64,000 nucleotides of DNA from the human T2T-CHM13v2.0 reference genome, Homo sapiens (GCF_009914755.1 NC_060926.1), one strand, 5' to 3'; shown: positions 1 to 22,430, numbered from the stretch's first letter. Notes: generated from the letters alone by a model not told the origin. Numbers and translations are program-made.

Positions 1-253
1 TGGGCTCAAGTTGTCCTCCTGCCTCAGCCTACCAAGCAGCAGGGACTACAGGCTCATGTCATCGCACCCAGCTTTTCTGTTTTATTTGATCTTTCTCAGA
101 GAAGATCAATAATAGATTTCTCAGTTTTCTTCTCCCCCTATACTCTTTTTCTTCCTTTTCTCTTTTTTCCTGTTAGCATGTTTTGGGTTCTGTTTTTAAT
201 GTCAGATCCTTCCCCTACATTGTGATGACCTTCAGCTGCCTGCTCTTACTTAA

Positions 254-476
254 GTGTGCCAGATTTAGCAACAAAAAGAAAGAAAAAAAAGACAGGACAT
301 CTGGTTAAATTTGAATTTTAGATAAACAATGAATAATTTTTAGTATAAGTATGTCTCATGCAATATTTGGACATACTTATAGTACATAAGTATTTTATAT
401 TTTAGTAAAACATTAATTGGTGTTTAACTGAAAATCAAATCTAACTAAGTGTCCTGTATTTTATCTCGCAACCCTA
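254..476. mobile_element. MER53-like palindromic hAT MITE
   Basis: TGCCAGATTTAGCAA...ACAGGACATCTGGTTAAATTTGAATTT...TGTCCTGTATTTTATCTCGCAACCCTA with long inverted symmetry. Confidence 0.8.
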
Positions 477-771
477 AGAGTGAGGTCTACAAAGCTGCCT
501 GGAAGCCCTGAGTGCGTGTGTAAGTGGGTGGGGCTTGACAAGGGTGAGTTTACCAACAGGTTGCTCCAGTTTCATTGCATAAATGATTACATCTCTTCAG
601 GTCTTTCCTCTTAGATTCCCCAAAGAAAAGTATTCCAAACTCTCCAGCCTGGTGAGTTTGAACTTGGCTGCCAGAGTTCTAGGAGCCAAGCGGGAAGAAT
701 ACCAAGCAGCTCAGTAGGCATCATCTTAAGTTTCATATGGCTCTTCAATTTCAGTACAGTAGCCCTAGTCT

Positions 772-1310
772 TGTGTTAATCTCATGGCCTTGATGAAAGA
801 TGGCTGCAAATTCTTTGCACCCTCCCACCCCTCCCCACTCAGGGATGGAGCCTAATCCCCTTCCCTTAAATCTAGACTGGCCCTAGTGACTGGCATGATT
901 TATAGAATGCAACAGAAATAATGTTCAACAGCTTCCAAGCGTGCATAAGAAGGCTTGTAACTTCTGCCTGGATGTCTTGGAGTAAACTTTCTGGAAACCC
1001 TGAGCCTCCATGAAGGAAATCTGACCCTGAGCCTGCCATGTGAAGGGGCATGTGTAGATGCTCTAGTTGACAGTGCCAGTTGAGACCAACCTTCCAGCTC
1101 TTCTTATCATGGTACCCAATATGTGAGTTCTCCAGACTGGCCCATCTGCCAGCTGGATAACACCAAGTGACCTTTCTTGATGCCAGGTGGAATAGAAGAA
1201 TTGCTCAGTTCAAATTCAGACCCACAAAATCATGAGATATAATGGTCACTGTTTTATGTAACCTTCAAGTGTTGGGATGGTTTTTTAGGCAGCCTTAGAT
1301 AACCAGAACA
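772..1310 (+). mobile_element. MaLR (MLT1-type) solo LTR
   Basis: AAGATGGCTGCAAATTCTTTG...CCCTAGTGACT...TAGAATGCAACAGAA; ends TAGATAACCAGAACA. Confidence 0.7.
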
Positions 1311-1741
1311 CCTCAACTACATCTGATGTCCCCATTCCAGAGAGCCACTGCATGATTCTTCAGAGAACATCCTTCCAATCATCCACCCTCGTGGAAGAGG
1401 GACCGTGGCCACTGTGCAGTGTTGGGAATGCTGACTGCTTCTTGTACAGACTTACAAGAAATCGTCTTGGGTTTAGTCTCACCTACACACCCACTTTCAG
1501 ACACATCCAGTGCAGCAAACTCTCCTATCCCGAGAAATCCTACTGTCATGTTGCTTCTCGGTTTTCCCTACTCCTGGTTTGGAAGTCGGCTTTCTGAGGT
1601 CTGTTAAGTCAGTTATCACCTGTCCACGTGCTTTCCAGGTTCCAAACTCTTATTATTTTTCCTCTCTTGTTCCCTTGTCCTTGTGAGATTTTTAAATTTT
1701 TTTTATTTAAAAAAGTGGTTTTTTTAGGGGGGTGGGGTGGG

Positions 1742-2742
1742 GACAGAGTCTCACTCTGTCACCCAGGCTGGAGTGCAGAGGCATAGCTCACTGCAGCTTC
1801 AAACCCCTGGGCTCAAGTGATTTTCCTGCCTCAGCCTCCCCAGTAGCTGGGACTAGAGGCGTGCGTCACTAGGCTTGGCTAATTTTTTTTTTTTTTTTAA
1901 AGAGACACAGTGGGTGGGAGAGAGAGTCTCATTATGTTGCCCAGGCTGATCTCGAACTCCTGACCTCAAGCCATCCTCCCACCGCGGCCTTCCAACGTGC
2001 TGGTGTTACAGGCGTGAGCCACAGCACCCAGCCCTATCTTTAATTTAAAGGCTCCTTGGAGTGGAATTTCAACAATTATATTAATTTTTTAAATACTCTT
2101 AGATCAGGTTTCCTGGAAACAGAGCCTGACCCTAGGATTCTTGTGCAAGTGCTGTAGTGAGGGTATTCTCGAGGGAAGCCTCCGAGTAAGTGAGGGAAAT
2201 AGGATAGGCCAGAGGGAGAAACTGAGCAAAGATATGGTTTCTGATGAAGTTTATCCTCAGTCTGATCCCATGGGAACTCTGGCATATGAAGGGTACCACA
2301 GATTTATTCCTGGCCTTTTATAAGCTAAAAAAGTTAGCCTCTGGCCATGGCTTCCTCAGTCTGGTCTGAGCGCAGATGTCAGCAGATGGGGGCAATGAAG
2401 GGGCAGTGACCTGGGGCTGGATGCACCCACCTAGTAAAGGTTATTTACGCGGGGTGCCAACGCATCTACTTCATTCCTAAACTTTATTTTTTTCATGTAG
2501 CTTAATTTTTTCTTTCTTTTTCTTTTTCTTTTTTAGGGACAGGTTTTCGCCATGTAGCCCAGGATAATCTCCCAAACTCCTAGCCTCAAGCAACCACCTG
2601 GGCCTCCCAAAGTGTTGGGATTACAGTCTGAGCCACCTCACCTGGCCTAATTGTTGCTTGTAAGGGATGCAGTGTCTCTCTAATCTTGCTTAAGAAATGA
2701 ATTATCTGTATTTCATTTTTTTTCCTACTGTTTGACCTTTAA

Positions 2743-2775
<33 letters not shown>

Positions 2776-3300
2776 TGTTTTGAGACAAGGTCTCACCCTG
2801 TCGCCCAGGCTGGAGTGCAGTGGTGCAGTCATAGCTCACAGCAACATTGAACTCCTGGGTTTAGAGTGATCCTCCTGCTTCAGCCTGGCTAGTAGCTGGG
2901 ACTGCAGGCGTGGCTATGCACCCGGCTAATTATTTATTTATTTTTTGTTTTCTTTTCTTTTTTTCTTTCTTTTTCTTTTCTTTCTTCCTCTTTTTTTTTT
3001 TTTTTTTTTTTAGACAATGTCTCACTCTGTCGCCCAGGCTGGCGTGCAGTGGCGCAATCTCAGCTTACTGAGCCTCTGCCTCCCGGGCTTGGGTGTTTAT
3101 CCCACCTCATCCGACTGAATAGCTGGGACTACAGGCGCATGCCACCACACCCGGCTATATATATGTTTTTTTTTTTTTTTTTTTGAGATGGGATTTCACC
3201 ACATTGGCCAGGCTTATCTCGAACTCCTGGGCTAAAGTGATCCACTTGCCCTGGCCTCCCAAAGTGCTGGGATTACAGGCATGAGCCACTGTGCCCAGCC
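1742..3300 (-). mobile_element. Cluster of old Alu/FLAM elements (~1742-2033, 2505-2647, 2745-2935, 2945-3300)
   Basis: Antisense Alu arms with T-rich tails; J-type CCTGGGCTCAAG motifs in several. Confidence 0.85.
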
Positions 3301-3899
3301 TTAATTTTTTAAGTTATCATATGCAGATAAAAGAGGCAGAACCAGTTTTAGTATCCAAATCAGTCTGATCCTAAAACCCGTGCTCTAAACCATATTAAAC
3401 CACCTTTTAAAATTACATCTTAATGAAATAATTTAATGTTACCTCTCCAGCTTTAAGGGTGCCATTAACCACTTAGATTTTGATGTGTCGGATGGAAAAC
3501 ACTCCCCAAACGGGCTATTCTCTGTTTTTTAAAAAAACTGAATTTGCCTATAGACTCAACGGATTCATTCTGCAAGCATTCACTACGTGGCGAAATCGGT
3601 GCTGGGCATGGGTGCAAAGACGACCTAGCCCTAGTTGGTGTCTTCAAGAGGCTGCGTCCAGCAGGGGAAGCAGATATGAAAACACAGAACTATTACAAGG
3701 GATGAGCGCCGCGCCAAGCCGAACCTGGGAGCTACGGACAGTGTCTAAACTTTAGTCACTCACAGGAGTACAAAGATCCGGGGCTACTCCTAACTCCTAC
3801 TCCAAAGCTTTCCTGGCCTGCTGGGCGCACAGGGAAGAGGGAAGTGCTGGAAACTTTTGGGAATGTGTGTTTTCATGTGAAAGAGGGGAATGAAATGTA

Positions 3900-4780
3900 T
3901 CCTTCAGATTTCACTTTCTACTTTTCCGGCCACGGGCTCGGCACGACCTGCCGTTGGGAGACGAACGGTTTCCCGAGGTGGGGGGAAGCGCGGATTTGCC
4001 GCGGGACTCCGGCTTGGCGCGGAGCTGGGCGCGGCAGGCGCAGGGAGGAACTGGCGAGGTGGCCCGGGCTCGGCCCTCCGAGGGTGTGGAGCGCCCGGGA
4101 AACGGGACCCCAAGAATCCAACTGCTCCCACCCTGCGCGGCCAGGAGCGGGGCTGGCGATACTGGGGACACTGTCCAATCCGGGCAGGGGGCGAGGCCGG
4201 GGGACCGGGCGGGCCTGGGGAGCAGGCACGTGTGGAGGGCGGACCCGCCGGGGGTCGAGGCCTGCCTCTCCGAGAGCTCCTGGCGCGGCCGTCCCGGCCC
4301 GGGGCCCCAGGTGCGCTTCCCCTAGAGAGGGATTTTCCGGTCTCGTGGGCAGAGGAACAACCAGGAACTTGGGCTCAGTCTCCACCCCACAGTGGGGCGG
4401 ATCCGTCCCGGATAAGACCCGCTGTCTGGCCCTGAGTAGGGTGTGACCTCCGCAGCCGCAGAGGAGGAGCGCAGCCCGGCCTCGGTACGAGGGGTAAAGG
4501 GGCTCCGGGCCGGGGGTCCTGGGCTCAGGGAACGGGGAGCGTGGCCCGGGAGCGTCTCGCGGGGATGCCCGGCTCCGCGCTGCACCCCAGAGTGGGTGCT
4601 CGCCGCCGGCTTGCGGGCAAGCCCGGGCGGCCACAGGGTGGAGGGGGCCAGCGGGCCCTGGACTCGCTCCGGGTGGGCGAGAGGGAGGCGAGCGCGGTGC
4701 TTAACCGCTGGCACCATCCAGGACATCCAGGGCCGCTTACACGGCTCAGGACGCGGGTCAGAGACCACGGCAGTTATTTA
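3900..4780. promoter_or_regulatory. ANXA4: CpG island / ANXA4 promoter
   Basis: Very GC- and CpG-rich block in an otherwise CpG-depleted window, overlapping exon 1. Contains CCAAT (4175-4179), E-box CACGTG (4227-4232), GGGATTTTCC (4329-4338), GC box GGGGCGG (4394-4400) and GATAAG (4411-4416). No canonical TATA box. Confidence 0.9.
4440..4484 (+). other. ANXA4: ANXA4 non-coding exon 1 (5' boundary/TSS approximate)
   Basis: ...GCAGAGGAGGAGCGCAGCCCGGCCTCG is followed by the donor GTACGA at 4485. Joined to exon 2 it gives GGCCTCG|AAGAACTTCTGC, matching my recollection of the ANXA4 5'UTR. Confidence 0.75.
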
Positions 4781-5319
4781 TTCAGTCCATGTGCTAGGCT
4801 TTGCATCAAAAAGAAAGGACCGAGATAATCTTGCCTGTAGCTAACTCCTCCTAACACCTCTTACAGTTTACTTTTTAATTCTTTACTCCATTTAAGAAAC
4901 TTACTCCTTTCTCCTAGATCCTTACCACTTTCTTACCTTCTCGTGTGTCTAATGCCCTCGGCACAGTGCCCGGCACATCGGAGTCTGATTATTATAGGGT
5001 CCATGACTTGAGTTGGCTGGTGGCGCAGTCTCAGCATTTTGTCATGACTTTGACCAGCTGGAGACTTTGGTGCCAAGGAGGAAGGCTTCTCAACAATTTA
5101 CCGGCAGAAGTGACCCCCGGGGCAATGCAAGTCTTCTGAGCTGACAGAGCAGAGTGGGTCCTGCATAACTCGTGCTTTACATGGAACTGGGCATCTGCTC
5201 TCTCCTGCTGACAGTGGGAAGGATAGATAAGGTGTCCCTCTCCAAGTTATCCATTCTCCTGCCCACCAGTCCATGACACCCCACCACCCCCTTCCATTCC
5301 CTACTGTTTGCCCTTTAAT

Positions 5320-5500
5320 TTTTTGTTTTGTTTTGTTTTGAGACGAGGTCTCACTCCTGTAGCCCAGGCTGGAGTGCAGTGGCTGGATACAGTTCACTCT
5401 GCCTCCCAGGCTCAGGTGTTTCACCCACCTCAACCTCCTGAGTAGCTGAGACTACAGGTGCATGCCACCACGTGCCTATAGTCTCAGCTATTCAGGAGGT
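5320..5500 (-). mobile_element. Truncated Alu right arm with terminal fold-back inversion
   Basis: Right arm on the minus strand, then 32 nt of the same sequence in the opposite orientation (5469-5500). Confidence 0.85.
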
Positions 5501-5521
5501 AACTGGTAACTCTATTGATAA

Positions 5522-5829
<308 letters not shown>

Positions 5830-6420
5830 AAACCCTAGGTTTTTAGTTGCCAGGGAATTCTCAGACACAGGTGGAAGAGCAAGTAGGAGAGGAAGTGGAC
5901 AGGGATAAGAAAACGGATAACCCCATGACCCAAGAGCTGCTGACTCTCCAGAGCCCTATCAGGCCAAGGCCATCCTCATTCAGCTCATGTCAGATTTCTG
6001 TTGATTGAAGATAGAGACACAAGTACACCCCTGCCCCCACCCACACATAGACAGGCACAGACACACAACTACTGGATCAAGGGCTTCTGTGAATTTCCCT
6101 CCTAGATGTTCTTGCATTTGGTTAGGGATAATGTTTCTCTGCAAGCAATTTAGAGAGTAACCCGCACAGTCAAGCCATGTACCACTCCAGGCCTTGGTGT
6201 TTAAAGGGTGAGCCTCCTGGTCATCCCCAGGCTCATGTCCAGTGGCATGTTTCTTTGTTTATGTCCAGCCACTCATTTGTTTTCCTGAGCTCATTTATTA
6301 TCTGCTTTTAGACTAAGCCTGCTTTTCTCCAAGGGAGATAAAGATGAGTGGCAGGCACTGGGGATTGTGGGCAGTGTGCCAGGGAGTACCTGAAGTTCCA
6401 GAATAAACAAGGGGTGGGGA

Positions 6421-7428
<1,008 letters not shown>

Positions 7429-7687
7429 AGTTTGCAGTGAGTGTGAGGGGTGCATGCTAGCCAGCAGCCCTAAATGCCAGAGGGGTTTGACATGTGGATA
7501 AGGGAATAAACTCGCTCTTTGAGGTGTTTGGCAGAGCTGGGTGGTGGGCTCTGGTTGAATTTGAGGAAGTAGTTTTTAAAACCCATAGGCTGGGTGGCCT
7601 TGATGTTGGCGAGAGCTCTGTCACTACAAGTTTAGGCAGAGGTTCACAGCCCTTTTCTGATGGAGCTGGGAAGGGTTAGCAGATTAA

Positions 7688-8155
<468 letters not shown>

Positions 8156-8258
8156 GAAACACTTATATGAATATGTGCATACTTCATAAATTGAATAAAG
8201 CATTAATAAAAACATATCACCTTCCCAAGGAAACTTAGGTTTTGGTCATTATGTATAA

Positions 8259-8617
<359 letters not shown>

Positions 8618-9084
8618 CAAGGATAGTTCTTTATTATACCAATCACATCTCCCTTGTGATTTGATTAACAGGTTTTTTTTCCCCTGCAAACTCACCACAT
8701 AGTCTTATAGTGCTAACACCTCTAGAACAATGTAGAGCTCCAACTAAAGGTTTTTTTGTTTGTTTGTTGTTTAACTTAATTGAAACTGAATAGATTACTA
8801 CATTAATTCCCTGAGGAATTTAGGATTTCTATCTAAGGCTTGTTGTTGGTTTTATCGGGAGTAATTTATTAGTGTTTGGTTTTGTTTGAACTGGACTGAG
8901 AGCTTTTGCTATGAGAACCTGAACCACCACCTTTGAAGAATTCTTTTTAAAGATTCAAGTTGTTTGATGTCAGTAAATTGCCATAATGCTTCTTGGTCCA
9001 CACTGCTTGACGTGAAAAAACAGAGTGAATATTATATTGCAGCTAAGTGTCAGACTGTAAATTACTACGGAAAAGACCTTCTAC

Positions 9085-10283
<1,199 letters not shown>

Positions 10284-10313
10284 AAATTATTTAAAAATAT
10301 TGTATAAAATTAC

Positions 10314-11731
<1,418 letters not shown>

Positions 11732-11961
11732 GACATACACATTGCAGCCTTGTTTGTAGTAGCAAAATAGTAGAAACAACCTAAACATCAGTAAAGATCT
11801 GGTTAAATTATGGAACATCTATGCAGAGTAATACTATGTAGCTATTAAAAAATGGTGCAGGTTGATAGGAACTGATATAGAATGACAGTGAAGATATTTT
11901 TTAAAAAGTAAAGTACAGCTGTGTGTGGTATGCTACCATTTTGGTGTATAAAAATGATGGA

Positions 11962-13963
<2,002 letters not shown>

Positions 13964-16669
13964 TTAGGTCATTCTGAGTATCTAGGGGATCCAGGTGAGG
14001 AGTGGAGAGCAGAGGCTGAATCAGGACCATGTGCTGCATCATGACTCTGGTGGCCCATCCTTCTGGGATCAAGACTTAGGGCAGCATCTAAAGGCAGGGG
14101 AGGCAGCTCAGAACCTTGGCATAGGGTCTTCAAGAGGTAGGCAGGAGGTCAGTGGCCTCTGCCAAATGGGCAAAGGTGCATTTATTTATTATATATGTAA
14201 GTGGCGGGCACTAGAGATTCAAGAATGAAACACACTGACTCAGGGAGATAAGTAAATCAATAATTAAAAAATCATAGGACTGTATGATCAGTATAATAAT
14301 TTGATATATATGTGCAGACTGCCATGGAGTAACAGAAGAGGTGCACCTAACTCTATCATTAGTGGTCACAGAAGGCTTCCTGGAGGAGGAAGGTTTATAT
14401 TGAGCCAGGGCTGGAGAAGAAGGGCTTATGCACAGTTGTGGAGATGAGAAAGCTAAGCCAAAGCACACTGAAGGAATGGCATGTCTGTTACAGCAGGCAA
14501 GTCCCAGAGGTGGAGATGGAGGTTCCTTAGAAACTAAGTCCATTCTGTAGGTGTATGGGAGACAGGGCAGTTGAGTATTGAGGGACAGGTCCTAGAGGGT
14601 CCAAGGATCCCATGTAAGGAACTGCTGGCCTGGAATATAAATCCCTACTTCCCTTTGCATCTGTTCCAGTGCCTGGCAAAGTTATGTAATAAATGTTTTC
14701 AGATAAAATGAAAGTGCTGGGTACCAGGAAGGAAATCAAGGCAGAGATTTAGCCTTGGAGAAACATGACTCCTTGCTTCCCTGCTTACCCTGTCCAGACC
14801 TCCAATATTCATCTTCGACATGGTCTCCTTCCCTGATTGACATAATCTGGGTCAGGGGCCTCTCCTACACACTCCTGACACTTTCTGTGATTTCCCCAGC
14901 ATGGGAATGGGAATGTTCACACCTTATTATATCTGATCACATACCTGCCTCCTCTCTTCAGCTTTGAGCTCCACTGAGGGCAGGGACGATGCAGCCCCCT
15001 CTGGCTAGCACAGTGCTGCTGAGCACATACTCGGCCCTTGCTAGAAGTGTGCAGTATGAATGGACAATTTCCCATGGCCTAGAAAATTTAGTCCACCCTC
15101 TAGGCCTGGCCTGCCACAAAAATGATCCAGTTTTGAAAATTACTTCTGTAGCTCTTGCTCCGTTCATGGTGTCCTTAAACTCCCACTCAACTCCAAGCTA
15201 ACTAGTCTTTTCCAAATAAGTCTTAACGTTCATAATCATAGCAGGAGCTTTGCTTTTACTGTTTACTCTGCTTGGAAAATTCTTTCCCTATTGAAATCCC
15301 ATTATTATTCAAAGCCTAAGTCACGTGAGAGCTCTTTTAATTTCTTAGGGGGACGTTGTCCATCTTCCTCTACCCTGCAATTCGTAATAGTTCTCACATG
15401 CCGCTTTGTCTTTAAACTAGTTATGTACCTGTTCTATTTCTCTTAGATTACGTGCTTCTTGAGAGCAAGATCATGTCTCCTCCATCTTTCTCTTGCCATG
15501 CCTAGTATATGATAGGGGCAAAATAAATTTTAAGTAAGGACTATGAGTGCCTGCACACATAGCGAGTGGCAGTTTTGGAACTGGGGTCTGAAAAGCACTT
15601 GCGTAAGAATCAGGGCCTGGGCTGATTCTTATGAGGAGAATGCCAGGGTTGCTTATTTAAACTTGATTAAATGAAGTCTCTGGGGCCCACCCAAGATTTC
15701 CAGAGTCAAGGGTCCTCACCGAAAATCTATATTTTAACTGCTCCCCACGTGACTTTTGTGTACTTTTGAATTTGAGAACTTTCCTCAGGTAACAAGCTAG
15801 ACAGATGCTGTACAATCGATATTAAGTAGAATCCTTTTGAAGCTGTAGCTCCAGACATCATGTCCTGACAACATCCAGGGCCAGGAGAAAGGGGGAATTT
15901 GGCTGGCTGACTCTGTCTTTTTAGCCTGGAGGAACTTCAAAGCGTCTTAGCAGGTTTGTCCTTATTTCTTTTTGGTCAGAAGTGGGTCACATGGCCACTC
16001 CTAACCCATTCATGGCTGTTCAAAGGGGGTTGCCTTGGACCACTTATTATTTCCTCCTGGGGCTAGCCCCACCTTCCTGGTTTACTAAACCCAATCTCCA
16101 AACAGAAAGAAGTTTCTCCTAAGGAAGAAGGAAGGTGTAGTGGAGGTTGACATTATTGCTGATTCTTGCAAAAAAGTCTGTGCATTGCAATAACTGCTAC
16201 TGTCCCAATTTTATGCCAAAATAAACCAGCTCTCATAGGTGGGGTTAAATCTGGAGGGCAGAACAGGGACTGGAACTTGGTTCTTGTTCTGGATTCTAAG
16301 CCTGAATGATCTTCATGACAGCCTATGCCAGCATCCATCTGTGGGAAGAGAATTTAATTTGAAGTTTCACAGATATCATGGAATATCAGATCTGGCCTAC
16401 CAGGAGTAATGCATGTTTGCAGTGGATGGTTTTGAGAACTCTGCTGTTTAAATAATCTTTGGCAAACACAATATTTCCTAAGTCATGTTTATGCAAGTGT
16501 TTTAAAAGTGTTATAACTTCCCCCATTAACATAACTTATCCCCGTTCCCATTTCCTCATACTTGATGTAAGGTCATGATTGGCGATCTATACTTACGAAA
16601 TGCCCATGGTGTGGTTTGGGGACCCTTTCAGACATCAATAGTTTGAGTCTAGAATTATTACTATAGAAC

Positions 16670-17010
16670 CAGGGTTCTCAAACCTCAGCATGTATCAGAA
16701 TCACCTGGCGGGATTCTTGCACTTTACAAAGATTATTTATTTTTATTTTTTAGAGATGGGGGTCTTGGTATGTTACCCAGACTGGCCTCAAACTCCTGCA
16801 CTCAGGGATTCTCCCACCTCAGCCTCCCAGTAGCTGAGATTACAGGCACAAGCTACCATGCATGGCCTGGAGGCTTCTTAAAACCCAAACTGCTGGATCC
16901 CATCCCCAGAGTTTAGGATTCTGTAGATCTAGGGTTGGGCCTAAGAATTGTACTTTGAACAAGGTCCCAGGTGATGGTGATGCTGTTGGTCTGGAAACCA
17001 CACTTTTAGA
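16670..17010. mobile_element. MER5A-like MITE with inserted FLAM (~16735-16868 -)
   Basis: CAGGGTTCTCAAAC...ATCAGAATCACCTGG...CCCAGGTGATGGTGATGCTG...CCACACTTTTAGAAC. Confidence 0.75.
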
Positions 17011-17319
17011 ACAAATGATACTGATCTGGGTTTATTGAAAAGATGATATAATAGGATTTTATCATGTGTACCACACACATCCTATCCTTTCCAGGTTCTT
17101 TTATGCTCCCTCCTAAGGCTGTCCTGGGGCCTTCCCCTCTGGCTGTGTTTTGCACAGAGGGATTCACCTAGCCTTCTGTATTTTGGTGACTCTAGGCTGG
17201 GCTTGTTCTTTGGAAGTGAGAAGGTAGAGTGAGGTCTATGTATCTTCCCTCCAGGCCTGGTTCATTATCTGTATACGAAGGTGGCTCTAAATGTTGGTCT
17301 TGAAATTTTGGTTTCACTT

Positions 17320-17990
<671 letters not shown>

Positions 17991-18015
17991 TTGCTTTTGT
18001 TATTCTTCTATCTCC

Positions 18016-18461
18016 CAGTGATGTGCTGAATTGTCCTTGTATCAGCCCCTGAGAGCTAGTTGTTAAATTTTTAGAGGTTTTGCAAGCTGATTGTTAAAAA
18101 TAGCCAGCCGTGATTTAAAATTAAATTATATGAACTAATGAGTAAATAAGTTATATTGAAATATGAATATTTATAAGTAATTTGTATTTAAAACAATTCA
18201 TCATTTCCTAATTCTTTTTCCTACCTTTTACCATTATCTATGCTCTCGAGGGTATTTATGTCTATTATATCTGTGTGGTGAAACTAGTATTAATGTGTAA
18301 TGGGGTGCTACTGACCATCTACTCCCAACTCCAAGTTGAGTGACATCACATTAGTAACTTGAAATTGGTCAGGGTGCAAAGATTTACACCAAAAAAGTGG
18401 CTACACATCAGGGTGTCCTTTCCTTGGAGAGCTGGCTATTAGCTTTATCAGCATATCCCTG
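18016..18461. mobile_element. MER63-like hAT (Blackjack) element
   Basis: TIR-like ends CAGTGATGTGCTG / CAGCATATCCCTG; internal TTGTTAAATTTT...CATCATTTCCTAATT...TTCTATTATATCTG resembles the recalled MER63 consensus. Confidence 0.7.
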
Positions 18462-18793
18462 GCCTTACCTTGTGGGTTAGGGTTGGTGTAAGTTTGTAGG
18501 AATAAAACACCAGTCACTTGGAAGCTACCAGCCCAGCTTTCTTTAATTGAATCCTAACCCTTTCCAAATAGCCCTGCCTTGGGGCGTTTTTGCTGTGCCT
18601 AAAAAAAAAGGGTGGTGGCTGAGTTTAGTAGCAGGGGAAGATGAGTCACATAGTCAGCTAGTTACTTTTTAACCTCATGGGTGCCTTTCCTCAACTGTAA
18701 AATGAAAGGGGTGGGAGAAAAACTAGTAGAAATAAAGTAAGATCATTTTTCTAGCAATGAGAAAGAGATACTTTTTAAAAAAAGTTTTTATTA

Positions 18794-18862
18794 CTGATCA
18801 CAGCCAGTTACAGAGATTTCTTTGTTCCTTCTCTACTTCTACTGTTTCCCTTGACTAGCTTT
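18794..18862 (+). pseudogene. 5'-truncated Y3 RNA (RNY3) retropseudogene
   Basis: TGATCACAGCCAGTTACAGAGATTTCTTTGTTCCTTCTCTACTTCTACTGTTTCCCTTGACTAGCTTT matches the recalled 3' two-thirds of hY3; 17-bp TSD AAAAAAAG(T/C)TTTTATTA at 18777-18793 and 18863-18879. Confidence 0.9.
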
Positions 18863-19224
18863 AAAAAAAGCTTTTATTATGAACATTTTCCAATATACAC
18901 CCAAGTGAGAGAATAGCAAAATGAACCAGACTTTTCTAACTATTGAAATATTATAATGAGGAATACAAAGGAAAAGATGGACAGGTATAATTTAAATTTT
19001 TTCTTCCAAATTTTGACTATACAAAACTAAAAGAAGAATATTAAATTGGAAACATACTTAGAATTAATTTTTGGTATAAAATATTAAAATTTATAATATA
19101 TGCATAATGTATATGTCAGTAAAGCACCAAGATCCTAAAAATGGGCAAAAAATACACACCAATAATTCACAAAGAATACAAGTTTTAAAAAAAGAAAGAT
19201 TCAGTGTTCCTACTACTTATTAAA

Positions 19225-21448
<2,224 letters not shown>

Positions 21449-22098
21449 ATTATAATTCTGAGATAGAAAATCTGAACAACCAATAGTAGGGACATTGAGT
21501 AAATTATATCAGTTTGATGGATGACTATAGTAAAATAGTAAAATAATAAATATGGTGATTGTATAAAATATAGAAAATTAAGTAGAAGAGTAGAACACAA
21601 AATTATATACATACTGTGATTACAACTGTGCTGAAACACTGGAATAAACAGAAAGTAGATGGTAAGTTTACATTACTTTAAAAAATGTCCTTTACAGTGT
21701 TTAAAGTTGATTTAATAATCTACAAAATAAAATGAAAGGGTGAAATAGATGATTGCTAAAGGCTTTCCAGTCTCTAAAATTCTATGAAAGTTAATCATTT
21801 GTATTTGTAAGCGTGGAAAGATTCATTATTTTCAACACTGCAGTGAAAAATTCTACCTCTACCTAGATTCTGCAGGGTTTGGAAAACAAGTTTATCAGAT
21901 CACACAGTTTACTTTAATAATAACAATAATAATAACAGCTAGAGGGAAGGAGAGGTTAATAGTGATAAATAAAACCAGCACTGACTGTCCAGGATGCATA
22001 CTTCATTGTTACTGCCATAAGATCCTGAGGCTGCTAAAACAAAACCAAAAAATAATTTTTTGGCGTGTACATATATTATCTTTAAAATTTAAAATTAA

Positions 22099-22430
<332 letters not shown>

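Noticed and set aside
2095-2470. Possible old MLT1/ERVL LTR fragment
   Set aside because: Only a weak resemblance to recalled consensus; family and ends cannot be supported.
3844-4844. Many overlapping 100-240 aa ORFs on both strands
   Set aside because: Expected from stop-codon scarcity in a CpG island; Arg/Gly/Pro/Ala-rich with no recognisable domain.
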